DNA of 64,000 nucleotides, from NCBI GenBank assembly GCA_000165425.1, contig CT868679.1:124001-188000 (forward strand). Reading direction: 5' to 3'. Below the pieces are notes generated by a model. That model ran no database searches and was not told the DNA's origin. It worked only from the letters and a program-made list of their open reading frames with translations. Source of the stretch: Paramecium tetraurelia (taxonomy: Eukaryota). A program made the translations under genes and the position numbers. This document shows, piece after piece, positions 12,072-24,931 of this stretch (its first letter is position 1; each line of letters begins with the position of its first letter).

Positions 12072-14626
12072 TCATCTCTTTAAGGAGTTAATCGATTGAT
12101 CTTGTTTGATTTTTTTTACAATTAGACTATAGGTGTCACTGTCTTAATACTGCAATAAATAGGCAACTTCTCTCTTAACGTTTTTGGCAGGAAATGACTT
12201 GTAATTTTGTAAAATCTTATTTAATGATTGCTATTTGTCACTACTGACTTATTTGTGATTTTTTGATCTCATTTTTTATGATTTCACATTCGATTTTTAA
12301 TTTTTCTATTTATTATTGTTATTATTGTTATTATTATTGTTATTGCTATTATTATTGTTATTGTTGTTATTATTGTTATTTTTTTCATTCTCTTCAGATT
12401 CATAATCACTACTTTATTAATACTCACTACTACTAGATGATAAGGAAGAAGAGGAAGATAATTCCTATATATATTCAACATCAGATCTAAACCATGAAAT
12501 AACATAACATACTTCTGAACCTTCTTAGTAATTTTCTTTATCTTCTTCTGAGTTTTTTATTTTTTTTATGTCATTTTTGAGGTTTATTCTTTTTGTTATT
12601 TCTGTTATTTAACTTCGTAATTCCAAATGAGAATATCTTATTCCAATATTTTCCATTTCATTTTCTCCCTCCTCATGACTTACGAACACAGCAATCTCAA
12701 ATTCTCGAAATCCAACCTAATTCCCTACATATCTTTGAAACTGTTCAACTATTATTTTACAAAAGAGTAGCCAGTTCTCTTTTGATTATTCAAATAATAT
12801 ACCTAAAGTTGACTGGGTTTTTTTCTATATAATTAATCATCAGTTAAGGGACGAACGTACTTTTCAAAAATAGAATCTTTAGTTAATTATTCTAGATCCC
12901 CTCCACAAATAGTATATAAGTCCTTCAATTTTATCATTATATCATTTCTTTGACAACGGGAACAAAAACAGATAGCCTGATTAAATTATGGATATTACTT
13001 AGCAAAAAGGACAAACCCAATCTGTCTTCTAGGTTACTTCCTCAATTTTTATATCATAATTTTATTTCAAACACATTCTACAGAACTTTCTTTAACAAAT
13101 CAACTCCCCATCTATAAAATTAGCATTGATGATTTACTCTTTTTTGAATAAATGCTATATGCAGTTTTCTTTCTATTTGGGACTTATCTTCTACTCTTTA
13201 TTCCTTCATCATCCACTAAAAAGTTTACATATATTTTTACTTTGAGTAAACAAATAGGAATCTGTTATTGATGAATTTATAATCGGTAATCCCATGGTTC
13301 CACTTCTATAATTACAAGAGATAAGATATTCTTCTCTAAACAGCATTTTGCAATGGTGGCATGCCTCATATCTTAACAAAGTAGAATCATTATCATTAGA
13401 TTAAGCTGCTTTAGATTCTTTGGTTAGATTTTTATTTATCAATGGATTAGGTTTTTGTCTGTTTTATTGTACTTGATTTATTCCAATAAACTTTATTAAT
13501 AAAATAACATGATACATTTTAAGCAATGTGAGAATATTTAGTTTTTTAAGGGATATTGTAGAATTTAAATAAAGAAGTATCTCTTAGTTTATCCAATTCG
13601 TACATCAAATCTTCCTCTATATTGACATAGGTTGAGTTTAATGCTTATTCGAATGCTACACAAAATTAATAACCATTAGGAGAATGCACACTGTTTATGA
13701 CTTTAACTATAGACTCTGCAGTCTATCTATAGTCTAGCTATTCAAGACTCTTTCTTAAATAAGTCAATAATGCATCATTATTATAAATGATTTGATTTTT
13801 ACTGAGAGCATTATTGCCTCTGCCTTACTTATAAATATGCACTTAGGTTCCAAAGACATTTAAAGGTTGCTCGCTTTTGATTTTTTAAGTCAGATTTTAT
13901 AGATCTTTCTTATTGGATTTATTTAGTTGTTATAATTCATTTGAATACTCTTATAACTGCTGAAATATTTCATCTTTTTGTCCTGTTCTCAGTTCTATCT
14001 GTTCATTCAACTTGTCTAACAATTTATCCAATTATGCATTTTCTTATATTAACGAACTTAATTATAATGTGCACAATACCTGATGTTTTTTTATTTAAAT
14101 TTAACCATTGATTTTTGTTTCATGTAATAAATTTTCTCGATCTAAGGTATTTTTAGAGCCTTTGCTTTGTGAATGAGACCACTCAACTTGATATGCTTCT
14201 AAATATTCTCCCAATAAGTTTTATTTTCTGATTAAATCTGTTGTTTATTTAAGATTTATCTTGCTTAATAAAACTTATAATCAGCATATTTCACAGGAAA
14301 TTCTGTCACAATAGCATCATCATTCATAGCTTTGAGGTAATCAAGCCTCTCATACTCAGGTTCATCCACTTTCTTAAAGTACACTTAGTTAATATGTCTC
14401 CAAAAATAACATAAAATGTATTCATTCTAATACGAACTGTTGATGTAGGAATTGTTCTATGATGTTCTAATCTTCAGCTTGCGTCTATTTGTAATGAATA
14501 TTGATCTTACCTGGAGTATTTATCATAAATATCAAAATTCCCATTCTTTTTATCTAACTTTATTATTTTCTCAAGATTATTTTTGTTTTAGTTTTTATCT
14601 GCATTCAATTAATTTTCTTCGCTCAT
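12072..14626 (-). CDS. zf-4CXXC_R1 (CDCA7-type) zinc-finger protein with EPC/BRPF-like helical motif
   Basis: CHHCKM...C...CQRKFCRMCLKQNY...DWVCPFCQAICFCSRCQR, followed by IRLDFENLRLLCSQVMRREKMK; about six introns; the frame stays open upstream of 14626 to about 15016, so the start is uncertain. Confidence 0.8.
12310..12380 (-). repeat. Poly-Asn tract (AAT/AAC) in C-terminal low-complexity region
   Basis: In-frame AAT/AAC run after SSSSSEYQQSSDYESEENEK. Confidence 0.75.
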
Positions 14627-15545
14627 TCCTAAAATAATATACTTGAAATAGCAAAATATAAATGTAGATAGGAATACGGATGAATATCGTTCAATATTCT
14701 CGTTGTATAACAATACCTTTCTTTGATTTCTCTCCTTGGAAAAAGAGTGATATTTATTAAATAAAATAATGAAATCGGGTATAATTTAAATTAATACGCT
14801 ATCTAAAATTATTTAAAGATACCCGATCAGCCTTTCCACATAGTCTAAAGAACAAAGAGTTGTCATTATACACATATATATTATACACATTATAATCAAA
14901 ATACTAACAAGCCTTTTGAATGTCATATTCCTCTAGGTTTCGAAACTCTACAAGGGGGAATTTTTTTTTTTTTCAATAATCCTAAAGAAAGCGCTTAAAA
15001 TGGCTTATTGGCACATTTATTTGATATTTAAATTTTTCCGAAAAAACATTTACTACTTAAAATAATTACAAAATGATTTTAATAATGTATTGTGTAATTT
15101 CTACACTGTTTTTATTAAATAATTCAAAATCATTTTAAATAATTTATTATAAGTGAGTGTTTATTCTGATGTCAACAATGTTATAAACTTTTGGAGATGG
15201 AAATAAATCAAATTTACATCCAGTATTCCTGAAGTTGTGACTATTTTTAAAAATAAATAATATTGTTTTTAAGATTATCACACATCAGTATATTAAATTA
15301 TATTGATTAATAAATTGTGATTATTTTCGAAAAGATACAATTTATAATTATTTATCATTCAAAGTGCAAATAATCAGATAGCAGGATATATATAATCTTT
15401 TAAACTATTTTTAATATTCCCTTATTTGAGACCTTTAAATTGAGACAAAAATTAACTACTTTACATTCGTATAATACTGCTCCCAATTAAATTAATTATT
15501 ATCAAGTGTTATATACGATTATTTATATAATTTAAATTCAAATTA

Positions 15546-17570
15546 ATGGAAGAACCGAAAGGGATTGTCCGACATATATAGACATTGCAAGATCCACAAT
15601 TGTCTCGATCATACAGAGGACATGAAAAAACATATTGTCTATCATTTGATCCATAAATGAGATAATTGGCATCGGGAGGAAATGATTCAATAATACATGT
15701 CTATAGTTTCAAACCACAAGGAAGGCCATTTAAATTTAACGGACATAAAGGAGCAGTGTACAGTGTGCAATTTTCACCAGATGGTTAAATAATTGCAAGT
15801 GGTGGAGAAGACAGGACTATTCGGTTGTGGAAGAATTCTGTGTAATTTTATATTAATATGAGCTGAATAGTTTGGGAAAATGCACAGCAATTAAAGGACA
15901 CATTGGAAGTGTGAGATCTTTATCATTCTCTTCAGATAGCAGTATGATCGTATCCTCATCAGATGATAAAACTATAAAGGGATGGAATGTATTAAAGAAC
16001 AACTTTATGTTCTCATTGGCAGGACATACTAATTGGGTCAGACAAGCCAAATTGTCTCCAGACTCTAGATTGGTTGTGTCTGGATCAGATGATTCAACAG
16101 TTCGTTTGTGGGATGTCAATCTATCTAAAGAATTGCAGAAATTCAAATGTGAAGATTCGATATATACAATTGATTGGATCAGTGATGGAACTACAATATG
16201 TGCAGGTTAAATGGATGGTAAAATTAAAATATGGGATGCTCGTTCGATGAGATTAATTTAATATTATGAGTGTAGTAAGAAATCAGTAAATACAATTAAT
16301 ACTCATCCTAGTGGTAATTTTCTATTGTCTGGTGATGATGAAAGCAATCTAAAGATATTTGATCTAAGACAAGGAAGATTGGCATGGTCACTGTATTCTC
16401 ATTCTTAGCCTATTAAATAAGTCTAATTTAATTATGCAGGTGATTATTTTGCTTCAGCTGGATTGGATTCAAATGTATTGGTTTGGCAATCTAATTTTGA
16501 TGAAAACATGAAACCTTGTAATGTTATCAATTTTGTGGATAAGAATATATCAAATAACGATTCATAAACATTATCATCTTCAAATCAATTTAAGGTTCCT
16601 TAAACTACATTCAAAGCCAATAAATAGCAAAATAAAATCAATTATGAAAACTAGACCAATTAATCTCTGTTGACTAATCAGACTCATCAAAGTCCTTTAG
16701 CTTAAATGTTATCAACCAAATTTGAGAAAATTGTATCTTAAATGGATCAAGTTACTTAATTGATTGTATCAATCGATAAGAGAATCACATCAAATGAAGA
16801 TCAAGTTAAAAAGCTATTATAGGTATTAATATTATATATTGATATTTTAGAATGAGAGAGTCAAATCAGTTCTTGGTGTTTATGAAGATTAATATAAGGA
16901 ACCATATTAGAAGGCTGCAGTTTGGGAGAACTATAGAAACAAACAACAATAGAACAACAATTAATTGACTTTGTAGCAATAGTAACAATTACAAGATCAG
17001 GAACCTGTCTTTGGAACAGGATCTTTTATGAGAGATGGCGAGTTAGAAGATTTCCCAGAAGAAAGTGAATAGAAGTTGAAATAGGAGTATGAGGAAGAGA
17101 AATACAAATTGCAATAAGAACATTTATTGGAAACTGATTAAAATCAATAAACTTTCAATGTTACAGGTGAGCAGAATATCTTTCAAACAGGGGCTCTGGA
17201 TGGTACTTTAAGCAACAAAAACAATTATAATAATACATTTTCATTGACATTCACTTAGAGATAAAACTTATAAGAATAATTGAATAATTTAGGAGATTGG
17301 AGGGAATAGCTTGAGTAAGTTTAAAGGGAAGTAATGGAAAATTAACAAGATAATGATTAGTTTATAAGAGAAGTTAATGAAGATGAAGAAGAACAATAGG
17401 AATAATAGGATGAGTAAGATGAATAGGATGTGCAGCAATAATAGGAACATCAAGGTTAGTAAGTAGAAATTCAAGAGGAAGAACACCCAGTTTAAGAGGA
17501 CTTTTAAGATGAACAAGGAAATCAAGGAGAGGAAGAAATCAGATATTAAGATCAAGGAGCGTAAGAATGA
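15546..17570 (+). CDS. POC1: Centriole/basal body WD40 protein POC1
   Basis: [11 protein letters not shown] start, WD40 repeats ([34 protein letters not shown]), VLVWQSNFD, Poc1 coiled coil [27 protein letters not shown], then an acidic tail. Confidence 0.9.
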
Positions 17571-17626
17571 ACTAATTAATATATATCAATTTTTATGATT
17601 TATATTTTATCTACATATGTTGCTCA

Positions 17627-18467
17627 TCAAAATATTGTTATAATTACAAATGTGCAATAGAATAGAAATAATGGATAGGCTATTAGGAATCTTCTATGTT
17701 GCAATGCTAAAATCTGATAGTTATTTTATAATTTTACAGTATCGAAGGTTTTTGAAACACTGGCAGTAGACCAGACTGCACAAACAATAGCTAATGCATA
17801 TCCAAATGATGAACTAATTAAAATGAATGATTATTTAATACTTCAGTTACAAAAACACGCTGAGAAATGTCAACAATACTATAGGTGCCAGTCCATAACC
17901 CAAATAACTCAATATTTTATAGAACTCTATCTGCTTGCCTTGTTGTTGGATCATAAAATTCATTAATAAATAGAGCAACATCCAGCCCCACAATCCAATC
18001 CCATAAATATAATTGAAATGCACTTTTCCTGTCTATTGAATTAAATAAGTATTTACTAATAGTGGCAATAGTCCTAAGGCTGCAACAATTAGGACGGGAC
18101 CTGAGAGATCTGGATCTTCCAAATACTCGCTATCACATTTTTAGAAAAAAAGAACACTCAAAATCCTTTATTTAATGAGCAATGGCGAGGTTATATCAAG
18201 GTCTAATTTATCGTTGGGTCTATTGGATTACCTTCTAATAGTGGTATGTCTTCAATGGATTCCTAAGGTTGCGAGTTTGATGAGTCAAACAATAAATGTT
18301 TCTCTTCCTGATTTTCCACGTTGTCACCTAATTTAATGGTTTCATTCAAATCTTCATTTTCTGTAATTATCAGCAAAAGTGATACATATGTCAAAGGGAT
18401 TACTCTGGAATTGCCTTGGGTTTTCATTTGGATCTATAATACCAAATGGATTTTTGAGTGGCTACAT
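17627..18467 (-). CDS. YIP1: Yip1-family Golgi membrane protein (YIPF5/7-like)
   Basis: EDIPLLEDLDI, DPDLSGPV, GKVHFNYIYG, SYLGYGLAP, RRFLIAYPLFLFYCTF; five introns. Confidence 0.9.
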
Positions 18468-18618
18468 TAAATTAATAATTATGATCTAAAATGGTATTCT
18501 ATTGAATATAAGATAAAATGAATCTGAGGAATAAAAATAAATTGATCTCCAGAAAAAAGTAATTATAAATTTCATCTTGCATTGATGGATAGTCGTTTTT
18601 TAATATTTTTGTTATTAA

Positions 18619-21600
18619 ATGAAAAACTCATATTTGCTTTTGATCGTTGCCATTACATTAGTACATGTACATGGCTTGGAGGAGTCTCTGACCCTTATGA
18701 GTTTAGAGTAAATGAATTCGTTGGACACATCTTAATATGATTGCTCACGTCCATAGTCTGAATTCATCCAGATGGAGAATTCCTTGTCCTAATGGCAAGA
18801 CTTGTTGGAACATAAAGATTACATTGATCATGATATTAAAGTACTTCAAGGCATCCAAGCTAAAGTGGGCCTCAAAGCATCACATAAATAAGTGATCAAA
18901 TCATTAAGTCAACTAAAATTACCAAAAACATCAACAAAGATAGGTTTGGCTGAAGTTGAAGCACTAAAGCAATAATGTGGATGTCTCAAAAATTCTGATG
19001 ACAATTGTGATGCTCTTTTAAAATTGCTATCTTATTTCATCCTTTCCCTCAGAAATGTTTAATCCTAAATGCCAATAACATCCAATAACTGTAATTAAAA
19101 TTAAAGGAAAAATACATGATCTCTAAGTCATCACAGCTGGATGTGGAGGTACCATAGATATCAAAGGAGATGAAAGTTGTGATACTCCATAGTAACCTGA
19201 ACCTACCACACCAACAGATGTTCCTTCTACAGATCCAGTCCCATAACCTACAACTGACCCAGTACCAGATGATCAAAAAGATTCTGAAGAACCTGCAGAA
19301 GAAACCACCACCGAAGAAACAGTAGATACTGCCGAAGAAGAATAAGGAGATTAATAACCTCCTGTTACTCCAGAGGAAACAACTTAACCAGAAGAAGGAG
19401 AAGCTGATGAAAAATAACCAGAAGAAGGATCTCCCATTGCTGAAGAAACTGAACCAGCTGCTGCAGAAGAATAAGAAGGATCACCTGAAGAAACAAAAGC
19501 TGAAGAAGGAGTTGACACTCCAGCTGCAGAAGAGGAAGCAGGTGTTTTAGCTGAAGAAGAAGGAGCAGAAGAATAGGCACAAACAGCTGAAGAAGGAGCA
19601 TAAGAAGAAGTGAATTAACCTGAAGAAGAAATTACAGAACCTGAAGAGGATATAGAAATTCAAGTACCAGAAGAAGAATCTGAAGAAAATGCTGTAGAAG
19701 TTGCAGAAGAAGGATAGGCTGCAGAAGAAGTCCAACCAGAGAGTGCTGAAGAAGGTTAGGTTGAGGTTGCAGAAGAAGGATAAGCTGAGAGTGCTGAAGA
19801 AGGTGTAGCTGAGGCAGTTGAAGAGACAATTGCTGCTCCTGAAGAAGAAGAGTTATAAATAGATGAACCAGCTGAAGAAATTGATATAGAAGTACCTGCA
19901 GAAGAAGAAGCTTGTGAAGAAGAAGAATTGGACTAAGAAGAGGAGGCATTTGATGAAGAAGCTGGTGAATAGGCTGGTGAAGAGGCTAGCGAAGAGGGTT
20001 CTTAAAAGGAAGACACTTAAGTACCAGGAGAAACAGAGGAGCAAGCTGAAGGTGAATAACCAGGAGAAGAGTAATAATAATAACCAGATGCTGAAGAGAC
20101 AGAAAGTTCAGTTGGAGAACCATTAGAATTCGAAGAAGAGTCAAATGGTGAAGTTCCTGCAACAGAAGAAACTACAGCTCCAGGTGAAGAAACAGCAGCT
20201 CCAGGGGAAGAAACTGCAGCACCAGGCGAAGAAACCGCAGCTCCAGGTGAAGAAACTGCAGCTCCAGGAGAAGAAACTACCACTACTGATGAAGAGACAA
20301 CAGATGCTGAAGAGAGTAGTGTTGGTGATGAACCTGTACCTGATGATTAATAAGATGAAGAATAAGAAGTATTACCAGAAGGGTGCAGAAAAGTCCCTGA
20401 AGATGTTTTGGACATCAGTTGGTAGAGTACAGAAGCAGTAGCTGTAAGTGATTTACCAGTTACAGAGACTTAAATCATTGGATTATCATTCTATTTCAGA
20501 TGGTTATCAAAATTCCCAGATGCTGTTCCAGAGGGATTGAGTTAAGAAACTAAATTCTTTGTTGCTGGATTAGGAAATGCATTGAAATTCTATGTAGGAT
20601 AAGGAGGATTCCATTTCAGTTCATTCGATGAGAATGGTGTTGAAACTTACAAGAATGCTGGTCATGGTGACATTGAAGGACAATGGGTACTTGTATACTT
20701 TGGTATTTCCAATTAAAAAGTTACAGGATTTGCCTAAATTTAAGGATAAGATGTTGAGACTGTCGAATTTGATGTTAATTTAACATTAGATGAATCTTAT
20801 CAATTGGTGATTGGTGGACCAGATGGTGATGTTAAATCATTTAATGGTTAAATTGCTAGAGTATTTGCATTCAATGATGAATTGTACACATAAGCAACTG
20901 AATTCACTTAATTTGTTACTAAATGCTATGGAATTCCTAAAAACATTTATAGTGGTAAGAGATTAACAATTCCAATTGAGAAGGAGAGAACATTTGTATC
21001 TCCAGCTTCATTTGATTATGATAGTGTTTTTGAAAATAAGAAGCCCATGTTACCAGATGAATATTCTGCCAGTGGTTGGTTCAAATGGGAAAAACCTAAT
21101 GACTAAAATATCTGGCATTCAGGATTTAGATGGACTACCAATAATCAAGAGACTAATCAGAACTTCAGAGTTCTTGGAGATAGAGGACTTTCTTTCTTTG
21201 TTGGAGATGAAGATAACTTACAGGGACATGTTGCCTTTTGTACATATTCTTACAAGACTGCTAATGGGTATTTAGTTTAATTATTGTAGTAAATCAAAGG
21301 TTAATGATTGCAAGATGGTTAAGTATGGCAATAAATTGACTGAATGGTTCTATGTTTATTTTGGATACAGTAGACACTTGAACAAGGCTTATGGATACAT
21401 GGAATTCACACACGAGATGGCTCAAATAGAATTCAAGGATGTTAGACACTATTTTGCCAGCAAAATTTATTTCTATTTGGGATAAGATAAGTTCTATCCA
21501 CCTTTCAATGGCAAGGTTCAAGGATTCATGTTGAATTTCTTCGATGGATCATACAGAACATCCAGTTATGATTACAGTATTAATTATCTTAATATTGCAC

Positions 21601-22011
21601 AATAGCATTCGGATATTTCCCAAGACCAGTCTATGAATATGATGATTCTAAGGAATTGATCCCATCTGAACCAGTAGTAAAGCAGAAGTATTTGTCACTT
21701 CTTATATTGTAGATGTCCTAAAGTGGTTGAGATCACTGTTGACAATGCATCTGATGTTTTATGTGCTTTGAGCAGTTATTTGTCTGCTGTTGCATAAGGA
21801 CATGACCCTGCTTCAGATCCTAAGGCTGAGACCTTCTGTTTCTGTTTGGTCTATGAGGAAGGTATTTATTGTTTGTCTTAATTTAGAAAATGCTACTCCT
21901 GAATTGTTGATGTTGGCTTAAATTTTTGGTGGAAAGATTAAATAGAAATCACCTAATGTTAATTCCTCAATCAAGAAACTGTTAAGCAGATAGAATGCAC
22001 TATTAAAGTGA
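18619..22011 (+). CDS. Large secreted acidic protein with Glu-rich repeat stalk and two ConA/LamG-like domains (one apparent +1 frameshift near 19067)
   Basis: Signal peptide MKNSYLLLIVAITLVHVHG; E/P/A-rich region 19190-20400; beta-rich units IIGLSFYFRW...EGQWVLVYFG...SFNGQI and EYSASGWFKW...EWFYVYFGY...PFNGKV; Cys-containing C-terminus, TGA 22009-22011. Confidence 0.75.
20165..20288 (+). repeat. 21-nt coding tandem repeat, EET(A/T)APG x5 plus a partial copy
   Basis: gaagaaac(n)gcagctccagg(n) units varying mainly at third codon positions. Confidence 0.9.
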
Positions 22012-22102
22012 TTGTTAGAACATTCAATATTATTTTATTAATTAATATACTCTCTACTTAGGTGGATTTTAATATTTTTCTATATTATTTAATTCATCCA
22101 AC

Positions 22103-23812
22103 ATGAATTTATTTAGATCAAAAAAAAAGGAAGAACCCAAAAAGAAAATCACTCTCACCATTGTATTTCTATTGATCCTATCTTAGGAACAACTTACCAT
22201 GTAATTCATGAAATCTAAAGAATACATCAATCATGACCGACAAAAAAAAATCAATGAAGCTATATAGCAAGAAACAAAATTACTAAATATGCTCAAGGCT
22301 CCTTAGAGAAATAGGAAAGATGAAGAAATTCAAATCATCAGAATTGTTAATATCGTTAATACCATTGAAGCTTATGATAAGGCCATTATGTATATAAATG
22401 TTTTTTATACTCTCTAGACAACTCAACAATATTGATCAATTTAAAAGTTAAATTGTAGCAAGTTAAGGTGACCCCAACAGAGTCTAATAATTTATTCCGT
22501 AACTTTGATATTCCTAAAATTAGTTATATTGCCAGTGTGTGTTATTATATCGAAAATACTAATGATTTAAGAGGAGCTGTTGATCTCAAATTATAATTAA
22601 ACGAATATTATGGATGCGATATTGCCAAAACTTATGAAAGATCAGTTGATCCTAGCGCTAAAGTATTAGTTAGCATTTTAAATCTATCATCCCCTTCTGT
22701 TATAAAATATGCTTAAGACTTTAGTAGGAAATACTAAATACTTGATGTACCAGGTGTAAACTATTAACCACAATAATAATAACAATCTTGGGTTCCTAAC
22801 TAATATCCTACACATTAATAAGGTGGTTATCCATAATAAGGTGGATATCCATAATAAGGTGGATATCCATAGTAAGGAGGCTACCCATTATAAGGTGGAT
22901 ATCCATAATAAGGAGGGTACCCATAATAAGGCGGCTATCCATAATAAGGAGGGTACCCACAATAATAAAATGGATATCCATAATAATAAAATGGATAACC
23001 TTAATAAGGAGGATAACTATAATATAGTGCATTCCCATAATAAGGAGGGTACTCTTAAAATAATGGATTATAATAAGCACAATAACCATATCCTCAGCAA
23101 TAATAATAATAAGCTAATTATTAATAATCATATCAAAATTAATCATAAGCTTAAACTTAATAAAATACTATCAATCCTAATTCCATATAAAACTCTAATC
23201 CCTATGGATAAGTATAATAATTTAGCTAACAAAATTTATATTTAAATAATCCAACTGTTTATTAGCCTTAAATTTCTCAACCATAAATTGGAATTAATCC
23301 TAAGTAAAACTCAAACTATAATTACCCATAACCATAATAATCAATATATAATTCTTAACAACCTTAAAATAATAATATACCTTAATAATAATAATAATCA
23401 TAATTTTAATCATAATAACAATAAGTAGATCCATTTGCAATACTTAATCAATCAAATAATTAATAGATGATAGAATTACCTTCAATATCTTAATAATAAT
23501 TTACTTAACCAAATATACCTTTGAATCAAAGTAAAAACGAAAATGGATTGGTTGGTGAACAATCTCCTTCAGCATTTCATAATCAATCAAATTAAAGTAT
23601 TTAATGATATGTTATTAGATTAAACTGCTGCAATTGGTTAAGATATAAATAGAAGTTAACCTTCTCAAATCAATTAGAATCCCCAAATTATTCCTGTATA
23701 AATAAATCACGATTTAAGATCTTTAGAGATTTTACATAAATTCAAGACTGGTTTTCAACAATCTATTAATTAATCAATTCAATAATTGCAGAAGGCGGGT
23801 TTAAGTTTATGA
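22103..23812 (+). CDS. IST1-like ESCRT-III-associated protein with Gln/Gly/Tyr/Pro-rich tail
   Basis: Helical N-terminus with IRIVNIVNTIEAYD, IASVCYY, LKLQLNEYYGCDIAK, VDPSAKVLVS...VIKYAQDFSRKYQI resembling the Ist1 domain; then QQGGYP repeats and a Q-rich region. Confidence 0.65.
22816..22960 (+). repeat. 18-nt coding tandem repeat, QQGGYP x about 8
   Basis: taataaggtggatatcca-type units. Confidence 0.9.
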
Positions 23813-24931
23813 GTTAATCATTCATTTATTCTATTAATAGAATTTTATAAAATATTTGATATATTTTTATCCATTAACTACCATTAACAAACATTCTAAT
23901 GGAAATCCAGAGTAAGCAAAATAAATAAAAAAAATTTTTATGCAAAATATTATCTCAGTTGAGGTCAATTCGATTAATTATAGTAATGTGCATTTTTAAG
24001 ATTTTTCTATCACAATATCAAATTAATACCATTGTCCATGTCAAAGAGTTGTTTATATCTCTTATTCTTAATCTAGAATCTAAAATGAAATAAGAAAAAT
24101 CTTCTCTTCCTATTTTAACAGGAGGAGTTAAAAAACATATTGATCCAACCAATTTAATCTATCTTTTTTTGTGGCCAAAGCTTTTATAACTGTGATGATA
24201 AAATTACAATGTCAATTCTGGATAAGAACATGTTTATTGCGCAGTTTATAGGGTTCTTCAAAATCAAAATTTTCCTGTTGTTGAGAAATTCATTTAAATT
24301 ACAGCAAATTGATGATGAGGCTCCATTTAAAAAAATTCTAGGCAATGTTATCCATATGACTACTGTGTAAACTTATTCAACATCAACAACGACTTGGTAG
24401 CAACTTAAATCATTCCTGTTTGAGGATAGTTAGATACCTCTTATTTATCCTTAATAAAGCCAATAATAATTATTTTCATGAAAACTCAAGCTTAACTGAA
24501 TTTGTCTACACTATCATCAAAATAGCAAAGTTTTTTGGCCTCCTTAATAATAGCTAATTTCCACTTACTAATAAGCAAATTCATATAGATATTATAATAA
24601 AGATGATGTTTTTTACATAAAATATAAAAACCTAAGTTTCTCACAGTATTTTCTGAGGTGGATATATGAATGTAGACAAACATAATAGAGTTGTATTGCT
24701 AAAATCATTACCATTTATTTGATTCCACTAGGAGTAAAGTCAAAGTATAATATGATTGTAGTTTACATTAATCGCTCTAAATGTGTATAATTAACTCATA
24801 GGTAACGCTAGCTATTTATTGCTATTAGGATTTAAAGTACTGATAAATTAACCAAAAATATTTAAAGTATAAACACTACCAATTTCGTATTATTATAAAT
24901 TTTATTAATAAAAAATTAAACGTTAAATTTC

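Noticed and set aside
14819..14973. Telomerase RNA
   Set aside because: ATACCCG, TGTCA and a T-run are suggestive, but there is no C4A2-type template on either strand; kept only as an unspecified ncRNA candidate.
19066..19093. Retained 26-bp IES explaining the frameshift (TA-bounded, right end TAACTGTA fits the consensus)
   Set aside because: The left end does not fit TAYAG, and excising 26 bp leads to the wrong frame.
20165..22960. CRISPR-like or mobile-element repeats
   Set aside because: The 21-nt and 18-nt repeats are contiguous, spacer-less, in-frame coding repeats with synonymous variation.
23830..24800. Protein gene between the IST1-like and cyclin genes
   Set aside because: Partial frames on both strands but no consistent ATG-to-TGA model or recognisable motif; probably a remnant.
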